Source: Eledone cirrhosa (Eukaryota). Taken from it: a stretch of 64,000 nucleotides of DNA. The position numbers were made by a program, and so were the translations under genes. The stretch spans positions 78,244,001 through 78,308,000 of the forward strand of contig OZ024742.1 of the NCBI GenBank assembly GCA_964016885.1, in the 5' to 3' direction. Below, piece after piece: positions 36,420 to 49,289 of the stretch. Numbering within the stretch: the stretch's first letter is position 1; each line of letters starts with the position of its first letter. The notes beneath the pieces are model-generated. The model had not been told where the DNA came from. It saw only the letters and a list, made by a program, of their open reading frames with translations, and did not search any database.

Positions 36420-39400
36420 ATGACCTCACTCAGAATAGGCAGCATAAATGCGCGTGGCTTGGGGTCGTCATGGAAGCAGGGTCACCTGCTCAACGACCTC
36501 AGGTCACTAAACATAGATGTAGTGGCCATCAGCGAGACCAGAATCTCCGAAACACGGGCCTTCGCACCGATCTTCGGCGGCTACGATGTGTACGCATCTC
36601 CCAGCCGTCCTGGATCGGGTGGAGGAGTTGCTGTGCTTTTTCGGAGAGGTTTGGATCTCGCCATACGGGCCATCTTCCTGGACCCAGAGGGTAAGCTGGT
36701 GGTGCTGGACGTGACCAGCGGAGACGGGCAAGCTTTCAGGCTAGTGGCCGTCTATGCCCCGACAGGAGCAGGGCGGCCTGATTTCTTCCGGCGTCTGGAG
36801 ACCTTTCTTGGAACGTCCCGCTCTTTAGTGTTAGTGGGCGACTGGAACGGGATCTTAGATGCACGCTGGGACTGTGTGGGATTAGCGGATAGGGGTGGAG
36901 GGTGCAAGAGCCTCACCAACCTGCTCAGGTGTTTTGAACTGTCTGACAGGTACCGATTGGATTTCCCGAATGTGCCAATGTGGAATTGGACAAACCGCAT
37001 AGGGTCATCCAGATCATATCTAGATAGAGTATTTTGTAGGGAAATAGATAGGTCTAGCATAGGCTGTCCACAATTCAAGATAGTCAGCTACACGGACCAC
37101 AAATTCGTGATCTGTGTGCTTGACTTAGATAGGCTTCATAGACGAGGACCCGGCTACTGGAAGCTAAACGCGTCCTTGCCAGCGCGCAAGGCCTACAGAG
37201 ACCGGATTAGCGAACTAGTTAAGCGGGCGTTGACGGAGGCCATCGTCAACAACAAGTGGTGGTTTGCTCTGAAAAGAGCGATTAGAATAGAATCGATTAG
37301 GTTTAGTAAGGCTTTAGCAATAGAGAAAAATAGAGCAGAGGGAGAACTAGTTAGAAAATTAGACGAGGCGCTTAGCAAAGGCATTGCGACCGACGTGCTT
37401 GCGGCGAAATTAGCCCTTGACCAATTCTTCAATGCAAAGCACGAAGGCTGCGTTGTCAGAGCAAGGGTGCGTGCTCTCAGACACGAGGGGACGAAAGCCG
37501 TTCAATGGGCCCGAGTGGCGGAGGCGCGTCGTGGCAACAAAGCCACAATCCGGTCTTTGGTGGACCACGACGGGCGCATGCTACTCGATCCCGGGCAAAT
37601 GTGTGAAGCTTTTCAACGACACTTCGCTCAGCTGTTCGGGGGCAGCGGTGGGCCGGGTAGAGGGATGGACTTTAGTGTCTACCTCGACGGACTGCCGCGG
37701 CTCTAGGCCACTGAGGCGAAGTGTTGCGAAAAGACGATAACAGCCGCTGAAGTAAGGGAGGCAATGACTGGCTGCACAAGGGTTAAATCGCCTGGTTTGG
37801 ATGGTCTGCCCTATGAACTTTACGTACAGATGCCAGACTTGTTCGGAGGCCTCTTGGCGGACGTCTACTGCAACTGGCAACAGAACGGGAGAATTCCCAG
37901 TTCTGTGAGCCGAGGAGCGGTGGCACTGCTGAGAAAGGATCCGAACAAGGGGGATAACATAGACAATTTCCGGCCCATAACTCTGCTAAACACAGAGTTC
38001 AAGATTTTGGCCAAGGTGCTAGCAAAGAGGTTGGCGCTTGTCGTTGGTGGTCTGGTGGGAGAGGCGCAGACATGCGCCATTCCCGACAGATCCATCCACG
38101 ACAACCTCCACCTCATGCGATACATCATAGAGAGGGTAGCTAAGGAACCTGGCACGGGTGGGTCCTTGATCAATTTAGATCAGTCGAAAGCTTTCGATAG
38201 GGTCGACCATCGTTACCTAGCGGCAGTCCTGAGGGCGGCTGGCTTTGGGCCCGTCTTCAGAGGCTGGATCGCTTCCATGCACAGCGACATCTGCTCTGTG
38301 GTGAGAGTGAACGGTCACCTGTCGGAACCGTTCAACATCATGCGCTCGGTCCGCCAAGGATGTCCCCTCTCGTCCCTCTTGTACGTATTGACTCTCGAGC
38401 CATTACTGCACAAACTAGAGACGTTGAGGGGAGTCCCGCGCGAACTAGGATGCGGAAGATCCGTGTCAGCATATGCGGACGATGTCACCGTAGTGGTGTC
38501 GAACGCCAAACACATCGAGGCGATCGGCACTACACTAAGAGAATACGAAGCGGTGACAGGAGCAATGATCAACCAGGAAAAGTCAGTGGGCCTGCAGCTC
38601 GGCACCTGGAGAGGCAGGTCCATGCCGTCCAACAGCGTCGTCGGACGCTGGACGGACGGACCGGTTAAATTGCTAGGGGTCTGGTTCGGTCCGGACCTCC
38701 AGACGGACAAAAACTGGGACGAGGTGACGAGCAGGGTGGCTTCTCTCACCCAGAAATGGGCGGAGAGGAAGCTATCCCTGAAAGGTCGAGCGGAGGTGGC
38801 TAACGCGTACATCGCGTCTGTCATTTGCTACCGCCTGACCGCCGTACCTTGTCCTAAGCCTCGCCTGACTGCGCTGGAGCGTTTGCTCTTTCGCTTTTTG
38901 TGGAAGGGACGTGCTCCGATGGTCAGGCGGTCCATCTGTTGTCAACACCCGCTACGTGGAGGGCTGGGCATGCCGTGGCTGATGATGCGCAGGCACGCGC
39001 TCAGGCTACGACATCTCCACCTCTTCCTCGACGGTGATCAGGTGTGGTCGCCGTTTGCTAGGCGCGTATTTCCCCAGCTCGTTTCCTTGACGGAGCTGCA
39101 GTCCTGGGTCAAGCGAAGACCGAGAGGGAGCGCCTGGAGACTGGAATGTCTTCAGGCGCTCACAGTCCTCGACCAATCGGGCAATGTGATCGGTGGAAAC
39201 TCCACCTCGGCGTTCTATAGAGGATTAGTGGAGGGTAAGAGCGACGACGTACTTGGGGAAACTCTAGGCGTCGACGAAAATCAACTAGCCAATCTCTTCG
39301 GAAGAACTTTCAGGCCGGGGCCTATGGACAACTTCCAGAAATCTCTGGCCTGGCAGTGCTACCGAGGAGCCTTGCCAGTTCGGGATAAACTCTACAGGCA

Positions 39401-39839
39401 TGGAGGTGCCGTCAGCCGGGCATGTCCGAGATGCGCGCAGGGCGACGAAACCGTCCTGCACGCACTCGTCCAGTGTCCGAAAATTGCTGACTTGTGGGTT
39501 TATGTCGAACACCTGCTGTCGCGTTTAGGACGGATCCGGCTATCATCTGAGTCCATCGTGAGGATTGCCCCGCCCTCCTCCTTTAGCCGGGAAGGGCAGG
39601 CAGTTTTTATCTGTCTGGTGGCCATGGCGAAAGAGATAGTATGGTGGACACGTTTGAAAGGGCTGAAGACGAGCACTTACCTCTTCGGTGATGCTCTGAT
39701 TGACTTTTTCAAATTTCATTTGAAAAGTAAAATCAGAGTAGAGAGGGAAGTGCTCCCTTCCCAGCATTTTGTTGAGATATGGGTGAGAGAAGCAAGAATG
39801 GCCCGAGTGAATGGGCCTACTCTGAGTATATATCTGTAA
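36420..39839 (+). pseudogene. Tx1-like ORF2 (APE-RT-zinc finger) with one in-frame nonsense codon
   Basis: ORFs 36420-37706 and 37764-39839 are in the same frame; TAG at 37704-37706 corresponds to TCG in copy 1; RQGCPLS and YADD intact. Confidence 0.93.
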
Positions 39840-40127
39840 ATTAAAGGTGGAAAACTGGGAGTGGGCACTTGCCTTGGTGGTCAGGGTCATTGTGGCTTTT
39901 TACTGGGCTTTCTCCACAAATGTCCCTCCGAAGTCTCCCCCCTATTGGGGAATTTTTCATTGTTATTTTCATTGTTATTTTTGTTACATCCTCTGTTTTT
40001 GTTTTTTACACGCAGAAATGCCCATTTGTACCGTCCTGCATTGTCCTGCACTGTCCTTAATGTCTACTTTATGTAAACCCTTGTGGTTAATAAAGAAATC
40101 ATTATTATTATTATTGTTATTGTTATT

Positions 40128-42030
40128 CCTTGAATCTCAGTCATTGATGTTGGTTAACTGGAAAGTCCGTTGGATTGAATATCAAGCCACTACCTGCAGC
40201 CTCAGATATTCAGGACGTATCGGAGGGTTCTTGCCGTTCCAAGCAAGCATGCCTTTTGAAGCGTTCCAAAAAGCGTGAAGGAGCCGATTTTCTTTAACCA
40301 TCCCTGGAAACCTTTGGAGATAGTCCCCAGTGCGCCTATGACAATCGGGATCACTTTGACTTCATGGCAGTTCCAAATCCTTTTCACCTCCCACTTTAGG
40401 TCCTGGTATCGGTTAATTTTCTCCCTCTCCTTCTCTTGCACTCTCGTGTCGAACGGGCAGGCCACATCCACAATCAGGCACGATCTTTTTTCTTTGTCCA
40501 CAACCACCAGGTCAGGTCTATTGTGTTCCAGTTTTTTGTCCGTCTGTATCCTAAAATCCCACAGCACCTTCACCTGACTGTTCTCCATCACCGCCTCTGG
40601 CCTATGCTCATACCATTTCTCAGAATGTGGTAGATTGTTTACTTTGCACAGGTGCCAGTGGATCACCCTGCCCATCACATCGTGTCTCCAGCCCTTATAG
40701 TGGGTCTGGGCTAGGTGTTTACACTCGGACACAATGTGAGCCACAGTCTCCTCTCTCTCTCCACAGATCCTGCACAGTGGGCTAGCCTCCTCCTTGTAGA
40801 TATGGTGCTTCAACCACTTCGTTTTGAGGGCCTGCTCCTGCGCAGCCATTAGCATTCCTTCTGTAGCCTTTTTGAGGTCTCCTCTTCTCAACCAGTTCCA
40901 TGTCTGTGGATCTCTAAATTCAGTTTTCTCAAAGAAGGTACTATGAAGGGATTTTCCCTTAAGGCTGCTCTTCCTCCTTGATGTTATTTCCTCCTTGGGT
41001 ATCCCCTGGCCTACTGTCCTCTCCTTCAGTACAGCTTTGAGCATTGGCTCCTTACTATAGGTCACGTATTTGTATAGGTTGTTTTTCTCCATCTGAACAC
41101 AGTCCTCTATGCTGATAAGACCTCTTCCACCCTCAGATCTCCTTAGGTAGAGTCTATCGACATCACTCCTCTTGTGGAACATGTTGTAGATAGTCAATAG
41201 CTTCCTAGTCTTCCTATCCATTTCTTTTTGTTCAGCAACATTCCATCTCAGAATTCCCGCACTGTACCTAATAATAGACACAGCTCGGGAATTTACTGCG
41301 CTTATGGCATTTCTGCTGTTCAGATGTGACTTCAATACGCTCCTTACTCTCCGAATGTATTCAGTTCTTAACAATTCCTTCATTTTTTTGTTCTTTATGC
41401 CATCAGCCTCCAGAACGCCCAAATACTTGTATCCTTCCTCAGAGTCAATTTCCTTTATCATCTCACCTGTTGGTATCTGGATCCCGTTACTTCTGCTCAA
41501 CCTACCCCTCCTCATCACAATGACTCCACATTTACCAATACCAAACTGCATACATATATCACTGCTGAAAATACGGACAGTGTCAACAAGCACATCCAAC
41601 TCCTTCTCACTTTTCCCGAAGAGCCTAAGATCGTCCATGAAGAGGAGGTGATTGATGGTAAGCTCTCCCCTTCCCAACTTGTATCCTACTCTCACTTTTC
41701 GCAGCATAATGGTCAAGGGCATCAGGGCAAGGACAAACAACAGAGGGGACAGGCTATCTCCCTGGAAGATACCTCTCTTGATCTTCACGCTTCCCAAGGA
41801 TACTCCAGTTGATGTCAACTCTGTCTCCCAGGACCCCATACTCCTGCCCAGCAACTCTCTGATGTTATCTGCCACCCTGAAGATCTCCAGGCTTTTGGTG
41901 ATCCAGGAATGAGGCACCATGTCAAATGCCTTTCTGTAGTCTATCCATCCCATGGCAAGATCAGTGTGTCTCCTCCTGCAGTTCCCCATTACCATCTTAT
42001 CAATAAGCAACTGGTCCTTTGTACCACGTG
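40128..42030 (-). mobile_element. 5'-truncated R4/Dong-like LINE
   Basis: Flanked on both sides by (ATT)n; carries an uninterrupted ORF. Confidence 0.92.
40202..42010 (-). CDS. RT C-terminal part + CCHC zinc finger + REL endonuclease (602 aa, 5'-truncated)
   Basis: IDYRKAFD, GIFQGDSLSPLLF, FMDD, YKYLG, CRIC..ETVAHIVSEC..RHD, RPDLVV..IVDVACP..EK. Confidence 0.9.
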   Translation of the reverse strand: MLIDKMVMGNCRRRHTDLAMGWIDYRKAFDMVPHSWITKSLEIFRVADNIRELLGRSMGSWETELTSTGVSLGSVKIKRGIFQGDSLSPLLFVLALMPLTIMLRKVRVGYKLGRGELTINHLLFMDDLRLFGKSEKELDVLVDTVRIFSSDICMQFGIGKCGVIVMRRGRLSRSNGIQIPTGEMIKEIDSEEGYKYLGVLEADGIKNKKMKELLRTEYIRRVRSVLKSHLNSRNAISAVNSRAVSIIRYSAGILRWNVAEQKEMDRKTRKLLTIYNMFHKRSDVDRLYLRRSEGGRGLISIEDCVQMEKNNLYKYVTYSKEPMLKAVLKERTVGQGIPKEEITSRRKSSLKGKSLHSTFFEKTEFRDPQTWNWLRRGDLKKATEGMLMAAQEQALKTKWLKHHIYKEEASPLCRICGEREETVAHIVSECKHLAQTHYKGWRHDVMGRVIHWHLCKVNNLPHSEKWYEHRPEAVMENSQVKVLWDFRIQTDKKLEHNRPDLVVVDKEKRSCLIVDVACPFDTRVQEKEREKINRYQDLKWEVKRIWNCHEVKVIPIVIGALGTISKGFQGWLKKIGSFTLFGTLQKACLLGTARTLRYVLNI

Positions 42031-42066
<36 letters not shown>

Positions 42067-42067
42067 T

Positions 42068-43550
42068 TTATGGACGCACATGTGTGAAGACGTACAAGTC
42101 TGCGGGAGAAAAGGTTCGTAATTTTAAGCCGTTTTAAAGTATAACTTTTTGTGTTTTCTTGTCGATAATGAAGCATAAGGTACCCACCTTGATTCCAAGG
42201 AAGTGAGTCCTCTCAATATTCGGGCTTTAAACCCGAATATTCAGATTTATTTTAAAAACTTCGAAATTATCGCTTCCCCACCAAAAAAAGTATGGAAATT
42301 TTCGATCTTGAAACGGAAAACAACGTACAGGTCAAAAATTCAAAAACAGCCAGTATAGCTCCCACCAAGATTACTACTACTACGGCTACAGACATGTCTG
42401 TCTTCCACTCCACTAGATGTGGAGGTAGGACACAAGAGTTACCATCACAACCGCTCCCATCTGTGACAGAGACAGTACCATCTCAAAACGACATCACCAC
42501 CACCACCACAACAACCCAGAACAACAACACCAACAGCCTCAATATAAACACTAATAACGGTAGCAACAGTAATAACACCAACAACAGCAAGAACGACAAC
42601 ACCAACAACAAGAACAACGGAAGCGCCACCTTTGCAGCGGCCGCAGCGAAAACAAAGCGCTTCTTCAATGTAGATATTAGCGATAAGGAACAACAGTTGG
42701 CCCAGACGTGGAGGTTAATTAAACGAGAGAAGTCCTGGGCCAACCTAACCGTCCCGAACGAGCCAATAGCAGCCATGCTAAGGAGGACGGTGTACTTTCG
42801 ATGCATTTCAGTGCAGACACGCAAAGTGGAACTCGCCAGCCAAGCAGAAGTAGAGGCTGCTTTAAAGTGCACCGGAAGTGACATCGAGTACGAAGCAAGG
42901 GCCAAGCAGTCCGGTACCATCTCGGTACTGTTTAAAACCGAGGCCCTTTCTACTAAGCACTCGGTGACCCCCTGCAGGACGAGACAACAATCCAATTAAT
43001 CACTGAAGCTAAAGGCCGCACTGCTTCCTCTGCGGGGAAGCAACGCATCTGCAAGCCTTCTGTCCTCAGCTCAAAAATGTAGGGGATCGCAAACCTCCTT
43101 TGTTGCCCATGCCGGTGTCAGCATAGAAAGCTGCGCCACCACCACCCAAAACAACACCAACAATGACACGGGTAACCCCACCAACATCAAAAACAGCACC
43201 GAAACCAATCCAAGAGGAAAACGAGGAAAGCTCTGCCACTCTACCTACCCCTCCAATTATACACATAGACAAAACCATAAATGCACACACAGATACAGAT
43301 ACACTCACAGCCACAGACCCTTTGTCTTCCAGCAGTGAAGATGAAGGAAAACCCCAAATTGCTAAAAAACAAAAGAGAAAACTCACCCCCCAAAAAAGCC
43401 CCAACAAAACACAAAAACATACACAACAAAAATTACAGACACCATAACGCAAACACTTCCCCAAAAATAACATCAACACCAACAGCAACATCAACACCAC
43501 CCCACAATCCCCGAAACGCAAACAACCTAAACAAACACAAGAACAAATCA
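42068..43550 (+). mobile_element. Tx1-like LINE copy 3: 5' UTR and internally deleted ORF1 only
   Basis: Follows (ATT)n; ORF 42292-42999 is homologous to copy 2 ORF1 (FA..A, TV.F, V E.A..A); knuckle CFLCGEATHLQAFC at about 43022-43063. Confidence 0.75.
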
Positions 43551-43551
43551 T

Positions 43552-43591
<40 letters not shown>

Positions 43592-43629
43592 TGTTGTTGT
43601 TGTTGTTAACATTGACTAATGGTTTGACA

Positions 43630-43798
43630 TTTGGCGGGAAAGGGGCTAGTCGATTAAATCGACACCAGTATGTAAATATCACTTCTATATTGTATTGATA
43701 CCGGAAGCAGGAAAAGCAAAGTTGAGCTCGGCACGATTTGAACTTAGTGCGTAAAGAATCCGAATAGATCTTGCAAAACATTGTGTCCGACGCTCTAC
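43630..43798 (-). mobile_element. Diverged tRNA-derived SINE
   Basis: Minus strand: gtagagcgtcgg..aagttcaaatcg..ctcaactttgcttttc. Confidence 0.6.
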
Positions 43799-44744
43799 TA
43801 CCTCATTTTACATCAATTCAGCTGCTTACTTGTCACCTTATTCGAAAAATATCCTCTCCGTAACTTTACAAGGCTACTAACCTTCGAGAAGCCCCTTCTT
43901 TCTATCTAAACTGTACACCATGCACTTTGTAATATTACAGTTTTTTATCATTAGCCTTCTTTTCTATGACACTCCGTTCCTTTCTCTATTGTATTTCCCT
44001 TTTAGTCACTCTAATATTTAACAGCTCATATTAAACATTGTGATTAAACACAACTTAATGTTGAAGGTCGGGAAATTGCTAGTAATTGTGGCAAACGATT
44101 TCAGGTTTGGAAACTACTTGAAATGTATCTAGAGGAGCATTAAATACGTCAAAAATTAATATGACATTCATTTTAACCATTCTTCAAAGAGAAAGTAGTT
44201 AATAAACCTGAACTATATGAGTATTAAACAAGGATGTGGTATAAAAACAAATAACTCATTTGCTTACACACGTATATTGCATAGAGTTCAATGTAAAAAT
44301 AAACTAAAACAACACTTTCTTCTGTATATATTTTTCAACTTCGATGTATATTAGAAATTTGTTTCCCAAGATGAGTTTAAGAATGGTCAAATGTAATAAA
44401 GATGCTCGACATTTAGCCCGTTTCGTTCGGTGAAATGCGATAAATGCTTTGGTTGTGTGAGCTTCCATGCTTATGAATTTATTAAAAGTGGCAGCGTTAC
44501 GTTGTAAATTGGTTGAATGTTCCATCTAGATATCCTTATTTACTGAGTGTTATTGATGGCTTGGCGTGAGTTTAATGATATAACTTGTATCATTGATAGT
44601 AATTATGCGTAGACACAAATGTATAGCGATCGATGAATTTACATGATACACAAACATATGCAATAATACACAAATGTTACTTAGACATATGTACACACGC
44701 TACATATAACTTGACATGTCCATATATGGATATACGGGGTAATA

Positions 44745-44860
44745 GCTCTCTCTCTCTCCCTCCCTCTCTATCTATCTATCTATCTATTTATCTATCTATT
44801 TTTATCTATCAATTTATCTATCTCTCTATCTATCTATCTCTCTATCCATCTCCCTCTCTT

Positions 44861-44951
<91 letters not shown>

Positions 44952-45120
44952 ATACAATTATATATATATATATATATATGTGTGTGTATATATATAAATG
45001 TGTGTCTGTATATATATACACACACATATATATATATGTGTGTATGAGTGTGTGTGTGAGAGAGAAAGAGAGAGAGAGTGTGTGTGTACGTGCGTGTGTG
45101 TGTGTGTGTGTGTGTGTGTC
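44745..45120. repeat. Compound (CT)/(ATCT)/(GT)/(TA) microsatellite
   Basis: Direct reading. Confidence 0.95.
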
Positions 45121-45749
45121 TTTGCCTATCACTGTCTCCGGATCTGTGTATGTGTTTATGTTTGACACATCACAGCCAGAGTTGAAACAAAAACGATATT
45201 GTGTCAAAATATTAAATTAAAGCCATCAATAAAATGTAAATGGAAAACAAGCTGCAATAGCTGGTGGTGTCACTGTGTTCAACTAAAAATCTCTAAAGCC
45301 ACTACCCCAACATCACAGCAGTCCGATGATTAAACCATTAAAAATATAATACAATACAAATTACATATATATATATAAAAGTTTACATATAAGTACATTT
45401 TAGTGTGGGTTTGGGTGTGGATGTGTAGGCGGGTTGGTAAGTGTGTATGTGTGTGTATGTATGTGTGTGTGCATGTGTGCGTATGTGTGTATGTGTATGT
45501 GTATGTGTGTGTATGTGTATGTGTGTATGTGAGTGTATGTGTGTATGTGTGTGACCAAATGTTTAAAATGTTCATTCACTTCACAAACATATGTGTGGAA
45601 GTTCGATCCCACATATCTTCTTGTCCAAGTCTCATTTATTTCAATCTCATGTCATCCCAAACCATGCGAGTGAAAACAAAAGCAGTCTATTATACATAAC
45701 AACATTTTCACAAGTCAGTTGACTGCGAAGCTATGGAAAGACTCAAAAC

Positions 45750-46035
45750 CACTCATAGGCAACCTGCGGCCCGCGAGGCTTTCTGAATGGCTCGCCTAAG
45801 TCACCCAAGTGAAATCTTTCTGATTTTTTTACCCCGACTTTTCAGTCGGAATTCATCTTTCTATCATTTTTACGATCGAGGAAAACAACGTGTACGAATT
45901 CTGAAGAAATAAATCAAAACAACCTGAGTTCACACCCTTCTTTTGGGCACGAATGTAAATTAGCGCTTGCAGCCCGCCTGATGATGAGATATTTCTCATG
46001 CGGTCCGCTTCTAAAAAAAAGGTTGCCCATGCCTG
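45750..46035. mobile_element. hAT (Charlie-like) MITE
   Basis: Imperfect TIRs cactcataggcaacct / aggttgcccatgcctg with subterminal gcggcccgc / gcggtccgc; TSD only partly matched. Confidence 0.55.
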
Positions 46036-46172
46036 ATTTAAACCATGATATATTACACACAATGCCTTCATATCATTCCCAAGGCAATCGATTAATAAAG
46101 TCTCGAACGAAATCGCAGCAATATTCTATTATATATACAATACTCTTATTATTTGTAAAACGTTTAGTGCGT

Positions 46173-46382
46173 TGGATTGGCAGTTTCGGGAGAGCGTCGG
46201 TCAACCTGCTTCGTGGCATAGAGTTACGGCCCTTTACGTTCTGACTTCAAATCCCACCGAGGTTAACTTTGCCTTTCATCCTTACGGGGTCGATAAAAGA
46301 AAATGACAGTCTCGCATTGGGTCGATTTAAACGACTTTCCCCTTCCCCCAAAATTGCTGGCCTTGTGCCGAAATCAGAAACC
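46173..46382 (+). mobile_element. tRNA-derived SINE, longer variant
   Basis: Same head and tail as 17383, plus an extra gggtcgatttaaacgactttccccttcccc segment. Confidence 0.8.
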
Positions 46383-47889
46383 ATTATTTGTAAAACATTT
46401 GACTGAGAAATAAATATTTTAATGAAAATCTTTTTCAGAATCGACATCTTAGTGGGGCAACTATTGTTCATTTACTGTGACTACGAGTTCAAATTCACGT
46501 GTAAGATATGAATATCTAGTAGTGCAAGATATCTTGAAGCGTTACCAATATAATCGTACGGGTAGAAAGATTTTACATTCGCATTTTCTGATATATATAT
46601 ACGAGATATTTTGAACTAAAAGTAAAGCTAAAGTAATATTAAACACGAACATACATTTTTAGAAATGTTTCTGGAGATACAAATACTCATTTCAAGAGGC
46701 AAGATGATAAGAACGTGTTGATAACAAATGTTTACAAATGCTATTGAGACGATATCAGCTAAATCTTTTATTTGGGAATCCACGTAATTGAACATGATGC
46801 TTCTGTTCAATTTGATTTTGAAGGTGGTTAAACTTACCATACATTTTAGAAAGTGTTTTTTCTTTTTTCCTTTTTTTGCAATAAACAGTATTGTTGAAAT
46901 ATAATTAGTTTATTTATTTATGTCTTATCAATATATAGAAATATAATAAAGCCACATCAAACAGAAAAGTATATTAGCTCTATTAACAACTTAAATGAAA
47001 TTAGTAGAAACGTATATTTCCTGAAAATTAGAAAACTTGTTTAGAAATGAGAAATACGATAAGCCAACGTCTATAAAATGTTCTGAATATCTGATTGTTT
47101 TACATTCTATAACCTCACCAAAAACTGAACATTCTAGAGAAATATTTGTGAAAGATTGCGATTTTGAGGGACAGGTTTGTACATTTTTACAACAAAATGA
47201 AAAAGTAACATGGGCATGGCTCTCATCTAGGGTCGTTTTATGCCTAACGATGTAATTTACCCTGCCGGCGGCTTTCGTTGTGAAGAAGAGCTACAAACAT
47301 TCTCATGGATTGCTTGGGAATACGAAATAAAATAAATGACTTGGACTTCGTCCATTATATGGACAAATACAAAATCAAAAGAGGCGACCTCTCAGAATTT
47401 AAAGACTGTATCTAAAGAAATGAAACTAAAATATGTAAAGGTTTTAGTGTAGCGCTTCATTCACTCTGACCTTTTATTGCTTTTGTACGCTTTCTCTAAC
47501 TAAAACGAGAACCACAAACTCATAAGAAAGAGCATAGTTGATTTAAAATTGAACGAGCATGTGAAAACAATGGAATGAAAATAAATAATGCAATGCTTTA
47601 ATTCCTACTATTTAAGCCACTCACCCGATTTAATATGTATTTCAAAAATCGGCAAAATGATACACATTTTAGAGGTGTTGTGGTACATTTATGTACCATT
47701 ATTGATTATTTTATTGATACTGCTTTCAACAGTTGGTTTACTATATAAATCAAATTTCATTCCTTACAGTATTGGCCTTGTTTTCGAGAAAACTTAAATT
47801 GACACTTTAGTGTAATCGAATGACTAAAACCAAATAACTGGAAGATCTGATTCATCGTTATTGGTCATATTCTTTATTGACTGTATGTG

Positions 47890-48110
47890 TATGAAGTCGA
47901 AACACCATTGCACTTCATCACACTTCACATAAAGAGCACTCAATTAGACGATCCCACGCATTCGCTACAATCGCTGTGTATCGCTCACACTGAGGATCTC
48001 TCATGGCTAACACATATCCTTAACATAGCAAGAATTGCAATTGAAAGACTGATCCTTCTCTTCGGAGCCAGAAAATACTTCAACGCACAACAGCTGATCA
48101 TCTATAATAT
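47890..48110 (+). mobile_element. CR1/Jockey-like RT C-terminal relic
   Basis: DLSWLTHILNIA..L..ARKYF..QL.IY resembles the thumb/post-thumb region of these RTs. Confidence 0.45.
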
Positions 48111-48240
48111 AATACGTAATAACCACGACGTAAAGTGATGAGTTTTGTGCGGGTTTAAATGGCGAAAATATCTCTTCCAGGCTATAATGGTCGCATACAC
48201 ACACGCGAATATATGTATGTGTGTATATATATATATATAT

Positions 48241-48352
48241 AGTAATAATAATAAATTTGAAGACTTAAATCCAAAGAGGGCTCTATAGGGATAAATATAT
48301 ATCAGATATATAAGAACCGTAGATTCTTAATATAATAATCTGTTATTTTAAT
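48241..48352 (-). mobile_element. PLE family B 3' terminus
   Basis: Matches 12428-12510 and 10351-10414; abuts (TA)n. Confidence 0.6.
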
Positions 48353-48696
48353 AAAACAGCCAATGGCATGACAGGAGTGGAAGTAGATTTTTTTAGGGTG
48401 TTTTTGATGACCCGTGTGGCAGTAGATACTGACCAGAACTTGTGATGACGTGGAGTAAAAACAGCCAATGGCATGACAAAAGTGGAAGTAGGGTTTTTTT
48501 AGGGTCTTTTTTTATGATAAAACCCCAGTGATAAAATTTGCTCCAAACGAAATACTCGTGTCTGAATGAACCTGCAGAAGTAGAATCAACCAGATCCTTA
48601 CAAGGACCATGTCTCGAGCTATCTGCCGGAGAAACAATTGTAACACGCAATAAATTAAGTCCAGATGCATCACTGATTTTTCGTTTTCTTTACACT

Positions 48697-48808
<112 letters not shown>

Positions 48809-48838
48809 GTGCGTGCGTGCGTGCATGCGTGCGTGCGT

Positions 48839-48959
48839 ATGCATATATATTGCTATAAGGGATATTTTCGTAGTAACTTCAGAGAAGAAACATCATTATA
48901 AACAATATTTCTTCAATGAAGATTCTACGAAAATATCCCTTATACCAATATATATGCAT
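48839..48959. repeat. Fold-back inverted repeat (~55-bp arms)
   Basis: tataagggatattttcgtag ... ctacgaaaatatcccttata pair perfectly; pairing extends on both sides with mismatches. Confidence 0.85.
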
Positions 48960-49107
48960 ATGTACACATATATGTATATAGAACTCTTATATCGAATATC
49001 GAGTAGATGAAATGCCGTGTAAGGAGTCAATTTTGTTTTTGAATGTAATGCCTTCTCCATTTACTTTGCCTATATATATATGTATATATATATATATAAA
49101 ATATATG

Positions 49108-49174
<67 letters not shown>

Positions 49175-49289
49175 TTTCCTATTACCCACTCTACTACCCT
49201 AAGTATTGAGTACTCTGGTGCGTTATGGTCCATCTGGTTCCTTACCACACTTCCTTCGTTATATATATATATATATATATAAAATAACA

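Larger units (their letters stand above)
34041..40127 (+). mobile_element. Tx1-like LINE copy 2, full length
   Basis: Structured 5' UTR, ORF1, ORF2, 3' UTR with AATAAA and (ATT)n tail; preceded by (ATT)n. Confidence 0.95.

Noticed and set aside
29275-43551. Antisense ORFs over the Tx1 and R4 coding regions
   Set aside because: Shadow frames of GC-richer or low-complexity LINE ORFs
48353-48505. ~48-bp direct repeat (aaaacagccaatggcatgaca..) as a CRISPR-like array
   Set aside because: Only two copies, eukaryotic context, no cas genes; a local duplication
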